Assembly: GCA_964417865.1 (NCBI GenBank)
Contig: CAYQJI010000001.1
Coordinates: 14,492 to 78,491 of the forward strand
Source: Candidatus Woesearchaeota archaeon
GTDB taxonomy: Archaea; Nanobdellota; Nanobdellia; Pacearchaeales; GW2011-AR1
Length of the DNA: 64,000 nucleotides
Reading direction: 5' to 3'
In this document: positions 38,841 to 48,269 of the stretch, one piece after another
Position numbering within the stretch: position 1 is the first letter of the stretch
Layout of the letters: each line of letters opens with the position of its first letter
Program-made: the position numbers and the translations under genes
The notes under the pieces: generated by a model
The model's input: the letters and a program-made list of their open reading frames with translations, nothing else
Told to the model about the DNA's origin: nothing
Database searches by the model: none

Positions 38841-41800
38841 TAAAAAAAATAAACTATCTATTTTTGGTATTTTTCATTATTTTATTTTCTAATTTAGTCT
38901 TTTCAGCAACAATTTCAGATTTTTTTAAAACTCAAACAAAAGATAATTTGAACACAGAAAACTCTCCAATTTATCAATGTAATCAAGGAGAAGATTTTAT
39001 CGCATTTATTTCTCCTTTACAATGCTCCCCAGAAATTGTTAGAGATGATTTGCTTGAAGAAAATGATGTGCCGATTTATTGTAAAATTAATCTTTATAAA
39101 ATTAATCCTTTCGTTGATGTTTCTGGAATAAAAAGTGTATCTTTCTTAGGGAATCATTCTAAAGAAATAAGCAGTGTTTCTTATTACCCTGCATATTCTG
39201 CTTTAACAGGAGTTCAATCTAATTTAAAAAATCCAGGTTATATAAAAATTCTATTAAAAAAAGAACCAAATACCTCTAAGATTCCTGATTTTGTAGAGGG
39301 AAATCTTAGCGCAAAAATCTCTTATACCCTAAAAGATGAGGTGGGAATTCATGATTATTCTATTAATTTAAAAGAAATCTCCAACGATTATGAATGGGAT
39401 AATGTAAAGAATAAATATAGTTTTTGGAATAATAAGGGATATATAAGATTAGCAAATTTAGAAAACAATAAAGCAACTCTCTGGGTTTATGATTCAAAAG
39501 ATAGAAAAATATCCTCTTTGACTTTATCTAAAGGAGAAAATTCTAAAATAATATACTCTAATGATTTTGGATGCACTGGTTTACAAGTTAAACTACAAGA
39601 TTTAGAAAACCCTGAAACTAAAGCTCAAATTTCTATTAACTCTAATATTGTAGATTTAAAACAAAACGATAAGTTTCTTGATAACAAGTGTTCTATAATC
39701 TCTATTGATAAATACTCTGAAGTTGTTAAAATAAGATGCAACGAAGATAATGGTATAAAAGATTATTCTTTATTTAATTCTTATAAAGTTAATCTTTCTA
39801 TTGATGGAACAGAATACATCAAAGATATTGGAGATTTCCTTTTTTCAGCTGATAATAAGGATATTTATCTTGTTGGGATTAGTTCTGTATTATTAGATAA
39901 TAGCCCTCAAAATATTGTTTGGATTGGGGAGATACCTAAAGAAATTTCCAATTCTGCACAAAGTCTAAACAGTTATCAAATAACTGGTTTTTCTTCATTA
40001 ATCAGCCAAATAATCTCAGCTAATAATATTAAAAATGAAAATTCTTTCTCTTTAGAGAGTCTAACAAAAAGTTTTGGTGCTTTTTTATATGAAAGCTTTT
40101 TTTACAAGATAGGTTCTGGTCAACAAATTCATTTTTTAAAACAAAGAAAAGATTACACTATTTCAGGAAAAAAAATTGTATTTAATGGATTTGATACCCC
40201 CAAAGATGAAGAGCTTTTAGGAGAAATTAAAAATAATTATGAATTAGCAAAAGAAAATTACGAATCTGTAATAAAGGACTTTTCTTCTGAATCTCTTATT
40301 ACTAATAAAAATGAAAATGTTTATACAGGAGAAAGAGCCTTGTATCAAGAAATTATCTTATCTTATAATGTAAATCAAAAATTTACTGCATCCCAATTAT
40401 GCGAGAAGTTTTTCTCTAATTACCCTAATTCATTGTATATTCCTGAATTAAAAGAAAAATATTGTAATGAACTAAAATTATCTTCTTCTACAAATAGCGC
40501 ATTTGTTTCAATAAATCAAAACTTGTATAAAATCTCTTTAAATTATATTTCTGAACCTTCTTTTGAAGAGTATGGTGCAAGTTTCTTTGTAAATGATGGT
40601 TCTAATAGAGCTTCTTTTTCATTAAACAGAAATGGAATTTATGATTTAAACTCTTATAAAATTCCTTTATCAATAAGATTAAGTTCAATAGATAGTGACC
40701 CAAAGGGAAATTATGTTAATATTCAGATTAGTTCTTCAGATGAAAACCTTAAAAAACAGATTAGTCAAACAACTTACAAAATTTATAAGAATGATCAATT
40801 AAAAATAGGAAATTATTTTATTGTTGTTTCTAATATTAATTTAAAAAAAGAGGCTTTTGTTTCATTGGTTCCTTCAATTAGTTCTTCTTCGTCACAAGCA
40901 AATTTCAGTTTTAAGATAGGAATTGAAAAAAGGGCAATTAAATTAACTCCTGAACAAACTAAATCTCTTATAAAAAATGTAAATGAAAAAATTTCTCTAT
41001 TATCAGATATTTCTAATGGCTTAGAATCAGTTATTGAACCTTTAAAAGGAGCATGTTATCTTTCTACTGCAACTCTTTTAATAAAAAATTTCATTTCAGG
41101 TTCAACAAGCCAAGGTATGGCTAGACTTCTTGTTATGAAGGGTGTTGAAGGAAATTCTGGATGGTATACTAAATGTGAAAAAGAGATGAAAGAAAATCCT
41201 TCTAAATTTAGTTCATTAAATAGTTGTCTTTCTAATCATTCTTCAGAGATAGAAGAAGATGTTCAAAAGACCTCTAGTGTTATAGATAAGCTTAATAAAG
41301 AAATAAAAGACGAACAATCTCAAGATTCTTATCAATTATCAACAAAATCATCTCTGGGAATTCTAACAACTACAATAGACAAAGGAAAATTGAAAGATAA
41401 TTTCTTATTAAACAAAGATAAACTAAACAGAATTATTAATAATACAAGAGAAATAACTGATAATACAAAAGAAAATCTTAACAAATTATTAGAAAATCAA
41501 GAAGGTTTAAAAAAATCAATGAGCTTTGAACAAGCAAGAGATTTGAATTTATATTTAATGATTTTGAGTGAAACAGGTATTTCTGATAATTTAAAAGAAA
41601 TAGCAAATACAAAATTAGAATCTTTGATTAATGAAGTTTCTTTAACATCTGTATCTAATGAGCAAATTTTAAGTTTATCCTCTTATCTTGGAATTGATTA
41701 TAAAAAAATTGGAATTTTAAGTTCTGATTCTAAAGGAAATATCCCCTACTTAGGATTAGTATTAAAAGATTTAAGCAAATTGGATAGTAAGTTTTCATTA

Positions 41801-44800
41801 AATGAATTTTCTAATTCTCCTGTTTATTTATTTGAATATCTCAACAAAGAAAATAATAAAGATACCCTTTTCTACCTACTATTATTGGAAAAAAAGGGTA
41901 ATCTTTATACCCCTAAGAATAATAAAATTTTTAAAATAGATAAGACAAATAATGGGTTCAATGTTGTTGATACAGAGAGCTCACCTTTCCCTTTTAATAA
42001 CATTCAATTTATAAGTTCAAGTTTCTCCAATAAATATCAAAATCCTGAATTAAAATATTATGATTCTAGTAATTCTGATAAATTACCTTCAGTTGTTCCT
42101 ATTGATACAGCAAATGGATGGTATGCTGGAATAGAACCTCTTGTTTATGGAAATAAAGATGCGATTTTAGATTCTGGAAGAATTAATATTTTTTATTTAT
42201 GTAATGTTGGAATAGATGGAAAAGAAGAATTTTCTCTTAGGAACTCTCAATCAACTGATGATCTCTGTCAAATGATTGATTTGGGAATTTCTGAAAGTTA
42301 TAAATACATTATGGGTTTGTCAGAAACAGAATCAGTAAGATTAACTACAAAAGCAATTAGTGCAATACAACAAGCACAAAAAGCATCTAACCAAGCAGAG
42401 GGTTCTAGCGTTAAAATACTAGATCAAGTATTTAAAGTAGGAAAATCCCAAGTAGATACCAATTCATTTAGATGTGAAGACTTTATGCCTCATCAAGATT
42501 GTTTAACAATATTTAATCTTTGTGACCCTGTAATATGTCCTTCAAGTAGATGTGATTTTGGAGGAAAATATAAAGTGGATAATGTTGTGCAATCTGGAAT
42601 TTTAGGTAGTATAATGCTTTGTTTACCTAACGCTAAAGAAGGAATTCTCTTCCCTATTTGTTTAACCGGAATTAAAGCAGGAGTTGATTCATTAAATTCT
42701 GTATTAAAATCTTATAGTGATTGTTTAAATATAAGCTTACAAAATGGACAAACAGTAGGTGTTTGTGATGAAATTAATAGTTTTTATATATGTGACTTTG
42801 TTTGGAGACAAGTTTCTCCTATCTTGAACTTAGGAATTCCTACAATAGTTGAATCTTTATTAAACAAAGGGAGAGGTGGTGGAGAATATATTAATGTTCA
42901 AGCTTCATGGGAACTTACTAAATCTGCTGCAGATTATTTTGTTAATTCTTATGGGCAAAATTCTAAAAAAGCTTTTCTTTTGAGAAGTTCTGAAAATATT
43001 GGAGGAGAAGTTTGTAAACTTTATACTTCTTTTACTACTCAAGATCTTTCTGGTGTTGTAAAAAGTTTATTAAAATCAGATTCTCCTGCACAATTCACAG
43101 GAAGATTTGATGAAATACCTTTAACAACAGTCACAGAACATCCAACATCCCATTATAAAGTATATTATCATATTTATGCAGGAACAGATAGTGGTGCAAA
43201 TTATAAAGTTTATCTTAGAAACAAAGAAACTTATTATCAAGATACTTCAACAGCATTAGTTGTTGATAGTGGTTATGTGCCTAATGGAAATTACTATTCT
43301 CAAACTAAAGATATAATTGGGAATTCAGGATATAATGAGCTGTGTATATCAGTTAATAATCAAGAAGTATGTGGTTTTAAAGAAGCTTCTACTTCTATGA
43401 CAATTAATCTTTTGTCTGATGAATATGTTAAATCTATTTCTACAAAAAATGATATAAAAACAGAGGCACAATGTGCAGGAGGAATAAATCAAGGAATAGT
43501 AAGAATCTGTTCTTCTAAAAGTCCTGGAGAAGGTATTGATGCTTATTATAATACTGAAAATGCTAGATGGAAACAAGTAGGGGTTTGTGGTAATGAAAAT
43601 ATGAAATGTTGGCTTGATACAAATAGTGTTAAAGATGCTATTGTGTCTAAGAGTGTTGAAGAATCAACTGTTCAATCTTTAGAAGATTCTTATAAATCCC
43701 TTATTAATACTGAAGGAGAATTAACTGAAGATCAATTGAATGAATTTTTTGAAGAATTAAGTCAAGAAAAAGATATTAATTCAAAAATAAATAGAATTTC
43801 AAACATCTTAGACAAGGTTTATAATAGCAAATATAAAGCAAATTTAATAATATTAAGAGGAGATCTTTATAATGAGCTTTTAATTTCATTAATAAGATCT
43901 AATCAAAATATTGGTAACATTAATTTAAAAACAAAAGATAGTTCAATTTCTCAAACCGATTTAAATTCTCAAAATTCAAATTCTCCTTCTTTAACTCCAA
44001 CAGAGGTGGATTCTTCTGAAGATTATAGATCTCCTGTTTTTTCCTTAAATGCTTTAATTGTTAGTGGCGAAGAGAAAGTTAATAACTCTTTATCTTTTTT
44101 TAAGGATAAATCTAGTTCATCTTTTTCTAATGCAAAAGAAGCTGTTTTAGAAATTTATGAAGATGAAAAAGTTTCACCTTACTGTTATTATACTGAACCA
44201 GATAAGAAAAATTATAAAAATATTAATAATGAATTTCAAAAATCTTTTTCTGTATATACATCAGATGCTAAAACAGCGCTTTTTTATGTTGATAAAGAAA
44301 ATTGTCTTTTAAACCCAGACGATATTAATGTTCTTTCAGATCAAAATAAGAAATTAAACTTATTACAAAAAGGAGATATAATTTCTTATGTTAAAGATGG
44401 TTCTTCTTCAAATAGTGTCATTTTTATAGAATGGATTAATCAAAAGAACTATATTGCAAAAGTATTGGATTGGAATGGTGGGAATATATTAACAGGAAGA
44501 AAATATCAAGAAATTGAAGTTAATCTTTCTGATAATTCTCATCCTGTTTATATGATAATAAAACCTATTCCAAAAGATGACTTTTCAAATCTACCTCCTG
44601 TTGATTCTTTAAGAGATTATTTTAAAAACGAAATTTATGCAATAAAACTTTCAAGTGAAGGTGAAGGACCTATTACCTCTTTTGATATAACATATACAGA
44701 AGCTAGTTCTTTATCTTCCGCTAGAAGTGAGTTAATAAATAAAATATCTTCTTGGATTGGAAAACAAGCTCCTAGTGATGTAACAAACTGTTGGAAAGCT

Positions 44801-45217
44801 GTACAAAAAATATATTCTTCTGCAGGATTTAATTATGAATGTATTTATTCTGATCCAGTAGGAAAAACTTATGAAAAAGTTACTAAACTTGTTACAGGAA
44901 CAACAAACAAAGATATTCTTCAAGTAAATCCTACTAGATGTTGCAAGAATAATAAATGTGATGAAGAACAAAAGTTAAATCTCTTAAATCCTGGAGATAT
45001 AATCTCTTATGTATATAATGAAAAAATAGGGCATAATGCCATTTTTATAGAGTGGTTTGATAAAGAAAAGGGAATAGCTAAATTATTTGATTGGAATGAT
45101 GTTAGGGATAACACCCATTATTACAGGTATTATAAATTGGTTACATTGAAAGATGATTCTCATCCTGTTTATATGATTTGGAAACCTGTTAAATCTTGGT
45201 CTTCTTCTTCAACTTAA
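38837..45217 (+). CDS. Giant Cys-rich secreted/surface protein with two C-terminal NlpC/P60-like domains (one degenerate, one intact)
   Basis: Sec-type signal peptide; Cys-rich core (CDPVICPSSRC, LCLPN, CLTGI); NCWKAVQKIY...PGDIISY...GHNAIF. Confidence 0.75.
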   Translation: MIKKINYLFLVFFIILFSNLVFSATISDFFKTQTKDNLNTENSPIYQCNQGEDFIAFISPLQCSPEIVRDDLLEENDVPIYCKINLYKINPFVDVSGIKSVSFLGNHSKEISSVSYYPAYSALTGVQSNLKNPGYIKILLKKEPNTSKIPDFVEGNLSAKISYTLKDEVGIHDYSINLKEISNDYEWDNVKNKYSFWNNKGYIRLANLENNKATLWVYDSKDRKISSLTLSKGENSKIIYSNDFGCTGLQVKLQDLENPETKAQISINSNIVDLKQNDKFLDNKCSIISIDKYSEVVKIRCNEDNGIKDYSLFNSYKVNLSIDGTEYIKDIGDFLFSADNKDIYLVGISSVLLDNSPQNIVWIGEIPKEISNSAQSLNSYQITGFSSLISQIISANNIKNENSFSLESLTKSFGAFLYESFFYKIGSGQQIHFLKQRKDYTISGKKIVFNGFDTPKDEELLGEIKNNYELAKENYESVIKDFSSESLITNKNENVYTGERALYQEIILSYNVNQKFTASQLCEKFFSNYPNSLYIPELKEKYCNELKLSSSTNSAFVSINQNLYKISLNYISEPSFEEYGASFFVNDGSNRASFSLNRNGIYDLNSYKIPLSIRLSSIDSDPKGNYVNIQISSSDENLKKQISQTTYKIYKNDQLKIGNYFIVVSNINLKKEAFVSLVPSISSSSSQANFSFKIGIEKRAIKLTPEQTKSLIKNVNEKISLLSDISNGLESVIEPLKGACYLSTATLLIKNFISGSTSQGMARLLVMKGVEGNSGWYTKCEKEMKENPSKFSSLNSCLSNHSSEIEEDVQKTSSVIDKLNKEIKDEQSQDSYQLSTKSSLGILTTTIDKGKLKDNFLLNKDKLNRIINNTREITDNTKENLNKLLENQEGLKKSMSFEQARDLNLYLMILSETGISDNLKEIANTKLESLINEVSLTSVSNEQILSLSSYLGIDYKKIGILSSDSKGNIPYLGLVLKDLSKLDSKFSLNEFSNSPVYLFEYLNKENNKDTLFYLLLLEKKGNLYTPKNNKIFKIDKTNNGFNVVDTESSPFPFNNIQFISSSFSNKYQNPELKYYDSSNSDKLPSVVPIDTANGWYAGIEPLVYGNKDAILDSGRINIFYLCNVGIDGKEEFSLRNSQSTDDLCQMIDLGISESYKYIMGLSETESVRLTTKAISAIQQAQKASNQAEGSSVKILDQVFKVGKSQVDTNSFRCEDFMPHQDCLTIFNLCDPVICPSSRCDFGGKYKVDNVVQSGILGSIMLCLPNAKEGILFPICLTGIKAGVDSLNSVLKSYSDCLNISLQNGQTVGVCDEINSFYICDFVWRQVSPILNLGIPTIVESLLNKGRGGGEYINVQASWELTKSAADYFVNSYGQNSKKAFLLRSSENIGGEVCKLYTSFTTQDLSGVVKSLLKSDSPAQFTGRFDEIPLTTVTEHPTSHYKVYYHIYAGTDSGANYKVYLRNKETYYQDTSTALVVDSGYVPNGNYYSQTKDIIGNSGYNELCISVNNQEVCGFKEASTSMTINLLSDEYVKSISTKNDIKTEAQCAGGINQGIVRICSSKSPGEGIDAYYNTENARWKQVGVCGNENMKCWLDTNSVKDAIVSKSVEESTVQSLEDSYKSLINTEGELTEDQLNEFFEELSQEKDINSKINRISNILDKVYNSKYKANLIILRGDLYNELLISLIRSNQNIGNINLKTKDSSISQTDLNSQNSNSPSLTPTEVDSSEDYRSPVFSLNALIVSGEEKVNNSLSFFKDKSSSSFSNAKEAVLEIYEDEKVSPYCYYTEPDKKNYKNINNEFQKSFSVYTSDAKTALFYVDKENCLLNPDDINVLSDQNKKLNLLQKGDIISYVKDGSSSNSVIFIEWINQKNYIAKVLDWNGGNILTGRKYQEIEVNLSDNSHPVYMIIKPIPKDDFSNLPPVDSLRDYFKNEIYAIKLSSEGEGPITSFDITYTEASSLSSARSELINKISSWIGKQAPSDVTNCWKAVQKIYSSAGFNYECIYSDPVGKTYEKVTKLVTGTTNKDILQVNPTRCCKNNKCDEEQKLNLLNPGDIISYVYNEKIGHNAIFIEWFDKEKGIAKLFDWNDVRDNTHYYRYYKLVTLKDDSHPVYMIWKPVKSWSSSST

Positions 45218-45257
45218 TCATGAATAATCTTTTAAACTCTTTTTTATTTCTTTTTAT

Positions 45258-46280
45258 ATGATGGGGTTTTTTATAAATAGAAGAGGTGAACAATCTTCTT
45301 GGATTTTGATCTCTTTAATCTTAGCTTTAATTGTTGGAGGATTTTTTACTTATAGATATTTTGAAACAAATGGAACTTTTTTAGAGAACATTCAAGGCGT
45401 ATGGGATGTAAAATCTTCTTGTCAGAATTATTGTTATTCTATGCAAACAGACAATTACTGTCATTCTACATTTAATTTAAAATATGAATTTAATAATAAA
45501 AAAATTCTTTTAAAAGATATCACCTGTAATTTTTTATCAAGTATAAATAAAAATAATCCGTTGAATATAGAAAAATGTAATTTTATACAATGTAATGATC
45601 TAATTTTAGAGAATAATCAAAATGAACATAAAAGACAAGAAATTTGTTATGACAATGTAAACATAAATAGAGTTTATTCTTTAAATAATAACTCTCTCCC
45701 GCAAACTTTAGAATCAACTAACTGTTTAGGAGACAAAAATTTAGAATGTTCTTCAAAACCAAATTTTGAAGGAATAAAAACTTCAATAAACTCTTTGAAT
45801 GATGAAGCAAGAAAAAATGTTTTTAATACATTAGCTTTATGTGTTAATTCTAAATCTGTTGGTGATGATTGTTGGCAAGCAGTTAATGCTATTTATAAAA
45901 AGTCAAATGTTGTTTTTTCTTGTGTTTATTCTGATTTTCCTGGAAAAAAATATGTAGTTAGTTCAACTAAAACTTCTTTAAACCTTCCTTTTCTTGTAGC
46001 TTCTGATAAAGATTCTTGTTTGAAATATGGATTAAATGAAAATGAAAAATTAGATTTATTAAAAACAGGGGATATAATCTCTTACATTTGGGATAAAAGC
46101 ACAGGGCATAATGCAATATTTATAGAGTGGGTTGATAAAAATGGAAAAATTGCAAAACTTTTTGATTGGAATGGTCAAAATAAAAATTATAGATATTATG
46201 AGGAAAATCTTTCTGATCTTAAACATCCTGTTTATATGATTTGGATGCCTAAACAAAAATTTTCTAGTTCTTCTGCATAA
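45258..46280 (+). CDS. Pilin-like protein with C-terminal NlpC/P60-like Cys-His domain
   Basis: NRRG|EQSSWILISLILAL; DCWQAVNAIY (Cys205)...TGDIISY...GHNAIF (His284)...LFDWN. Confidence 0.75.
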   Translation: MMGFFINRRGEQSSWILISLILALIVGGFFTYRYFETNGTFLENIQGVWDVKSSCQNYCYSMQTDNYCHSTFNLKYEFNNKKILLKDITCNFLSSINKNNPLNIEKCNFIQCNDLILENNQNEHKRQEICYDNVNINRVYSLNNNSLPQTLESTNCLGDKNLECSSKPNFEGIKTSINSLNDEARKNVFNTLALCVNSKSVGDDCWQAVNAIYKKSNVVFSCVYSDFPGKKYVVSSTKTSLNLPFLVASDKDSCLKYGLNENEKLDLLKTGDIISYIWDKSTGHNAIFIEWVDKNGKIAKLFDWNGQNKNYRYYEENLSDLKHPVYMIWMPKQKFSSSSA

Positions 46281-46299
46281 TTTTTTTCTAATATCTTAA

Positions 46300-46383
46300 T
46301 GCGGGTGAAAGGATTTGAACCTTTGCAGGCACTAAGCCACGAGAGCCTTAATCTCGCCCATTTGACCACTCTGGCACACCCGC
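46300..46383 (-). tRNA. tRNA-Leu(AAG)
   Basis: GCGGGTG/CACCCGC-A; CCA/TGG D stem; perfect stem CGAGA-TTAAGGC-TCTCG; long variable arm. Confidence 0.88.
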
Positions 46384-46419
46384 ATAATCTATAATTATAT
46401 TAAAGAAATGTTTTAATAT

Positions 46420-47334
46420 TTATTCTTTTGGTTCTTTATCTTTTAGCTTATCTTGCAAATTTAACCTTTCAATCAATTCTTTATACCTATTCCTAATTGT
46501 GACTTCTGTTATTCCTGCTATATCTGCAACCTCTCTTTGTGTTTTCTTTTCATCATTCATTAAAGCTGCCACATATAATGCTGCTGCAGCAATTCCTGCA
46601 GGCCCTCTTCCTGATGTTAATTCTATTTTTTCTGCATTTTTTAAAACATTTAAAGCATCATTTTGAGTTTTAGGAGACAACTTTAACACAGAAGAAAATC
46701 TTGAGATATAATCTTTTGGAGAGCTTTGTTTTACTTTTATTTGTAATTTTCTTATTATGAATCTGTATGTTCTTCCTATCTCTTTTCTTTCTACATCAGA
46801 AGCTGTTGCCATTTCATCTAATGTTCTAGGGATGTTATAACTTCTACATGCTGCATATAAACAGGCCGCTATTACTGATTCCATACTTCTGCCTCTAACC
46901 ATCCCTCTTTGTAAGACAAAATTATAAATTCTTGCAGCTTCATCTCTCACAACATTAGGAAGATTTAAATAAGAAGCTATAACCCTTAATTCTGCCATAG
47001 CTAATCTTAAATTTCTTTCAATAGAAGTTGAAACTCTCTCTTGCCATTTCTTTAATCTTAAAAATTTCCTTGTTTGTCCAGGATCTAATTTGTAAATATC
47101 AGAAATCTCTCCAACATTAGTTGTTAATCCTTTATCGAATTTTTGCATACTTATAGGAGCACCACCTCTTCCCTTTTTTTCGTCTTTGTCAAATTTTCCT
47201 TGAAGGTCTGTTCCTTCATCAGTCATCTTTTCTTCTATAACAAGACCACAATCATTACATATAATTTCCCCTAAATGGGCATCATAGGTTAAATTAACAC
47301 TTCCGCATTCAGGGCATCTTTTAACAAAATCCAT
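46420..47334 (-). CDS. tfb: Transcription initiation factor IIB
   Basis: CPECGS...CNDCGLV Zn ribbon, ERNLRLA, RGRS, GITEVTIRNRYKEL. Confidence 0.97.
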   Translation of the reverse strand: MDFVKRCPECGSVNLTYDAHLGEIICNDCGLVIEEKMTDEGTDLQGKFDKDEKKGRGGAPISMQKFDKGLTTNVGEISDIYKLDPGQTRKFLRLKKWQERVSTSIERNLRLAMAELRVIASYLNLPNVVRDEAARIYNFVLQRGMVRGRSMESVIAACLYAACRSYNIPRTLDEMATASDVERKEIGRTYRFIIRKLQIKVKQSSPKDYISRFSSVLKLSPKTQNDALNVLKNAEKIELTSGRGPAGIAAAALYVAALMNDEKKTQREVADIAGITEVTIRNRYKELIERLNLQDKLKDKEPKE

Positions 47335-47449
47335 TTTTTACTCCTTCAGTAAGATTTATAAACCTTTTCCTTTTTTAAACCTTTCTATTTTTATATCTAT
47401 GCGTAAGAAGTAAAAATTTAGAATAAATCTTTTGTTAACCTAAACTTTT

Positions 47450-47812
47450 TTATTCTTTTACTAATATCCCATTAATTATACCTGTTTGAGAAGGCCTGTT
47501 TGTTACTTTTACTTTTCCTAATTCTGTTAAAAGAATTGTTCCTTTTGTAATAATATTTTGTCTTGCTAAGAATTTATTAGAAGGCGTTTCTATAACATTC
47601 TTTATTTCAACCTTTTTTGATTTTCCTTTTTCTTGAACATTCACATATTTACCTGAATACATCATTACTTTTAAATTTCCACCATTAACTTTTTTTACTT
47701 TTCTTTTTTCTTCACCTAACTTTACTTTTCTTTTTTGTCCGACTTTTTCTCTTAATTTTTTCTTTCTTGCTTTTATGTATTTTCCGCCTGTGATTTTTCT
47801 TCCTTTCTTCAT
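47450..47812 (-). CDS. rps8e: 30S ribosomal protein eS8
   Basis: RKITGGKY...RQNIITKG...VTNRPSQTG. Confidence 0.93.
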   Translation of the reverse strand: MKKGRKITGGKYIKARKKKLREKVGQKRKVKLGEEKRKVKKVNGGNLKVMMYSGKYVNVQEKGKSKKVEIKNVIETPSNKFLARQNIITKGTILLTELGKVKVTNRPSQTGIINGILVKE

Positions 47813-47913
47813 AATATGAGTTTTGATTTTTTGTTTAAATATCTTTCTGTTTCTTTATTTTTTTAAAGATAAAATTGCGAAACTTTTATAAATGGAAATC
47901 ATTAACTTAAAAT

Positions 47914-48159
47914 ATGGTTAGTAGTATTGACAGACCTTTGGACTTATTGAATCTTTCAAAAGGCCAAGAAGTTTTGGTTTATCTTAAGGGAGATAAGCAA
48001 TTTGTTGGTACCCTTTTAGCCTTTGATATACATATCAATTTGGTTATTGATAATGTCAAAGAGATACAGAATGGTGAAATCAAGAGAAATCTTGGTTTAA
48101 CTTTTTTAAGAGGGGATACTATAATTTGTATTTCTCCAGCATCAACTGCTCTTAAATGA
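47914..48159 (+). CDS. Sm-like (Lsm/SmAP) protein
   Basis: RPLDLL, GTLLAFDIHINLV, FLRGD. Confidence 0.92.
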   Translation: MVSSIDRPLDLLNLSKGQEVLVYLKGDKQFVGTLLAFDIHINLVIDNVKEIQNGEIKRNLGLTFLRGDTIICISPASTALK

Positions 48160-48269
48160 TAAATTAATTCTTCTTGTTAAAAATAAATAATATCATTCGT
48201 ATTTGTAAATTTATTTTTGTAAAAATTTAAAACAAGAAGTTATATAAATTATTTCTTATTTCAAAATAA

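Noticed and set aside
44120..46280. Diversity-generating retroelement TR/VR pair
   Set aside because: Differences between copies are not confined to adenines, all copies are coding, and no reverse transcriptase is in the window.
46335..46360. Reading the Leu tRNA anticodon as TAA
   Set aside because: Needs a stem with a C-T mismatch, A32/G38 and a shifted D arm; the AAG register is perfect.
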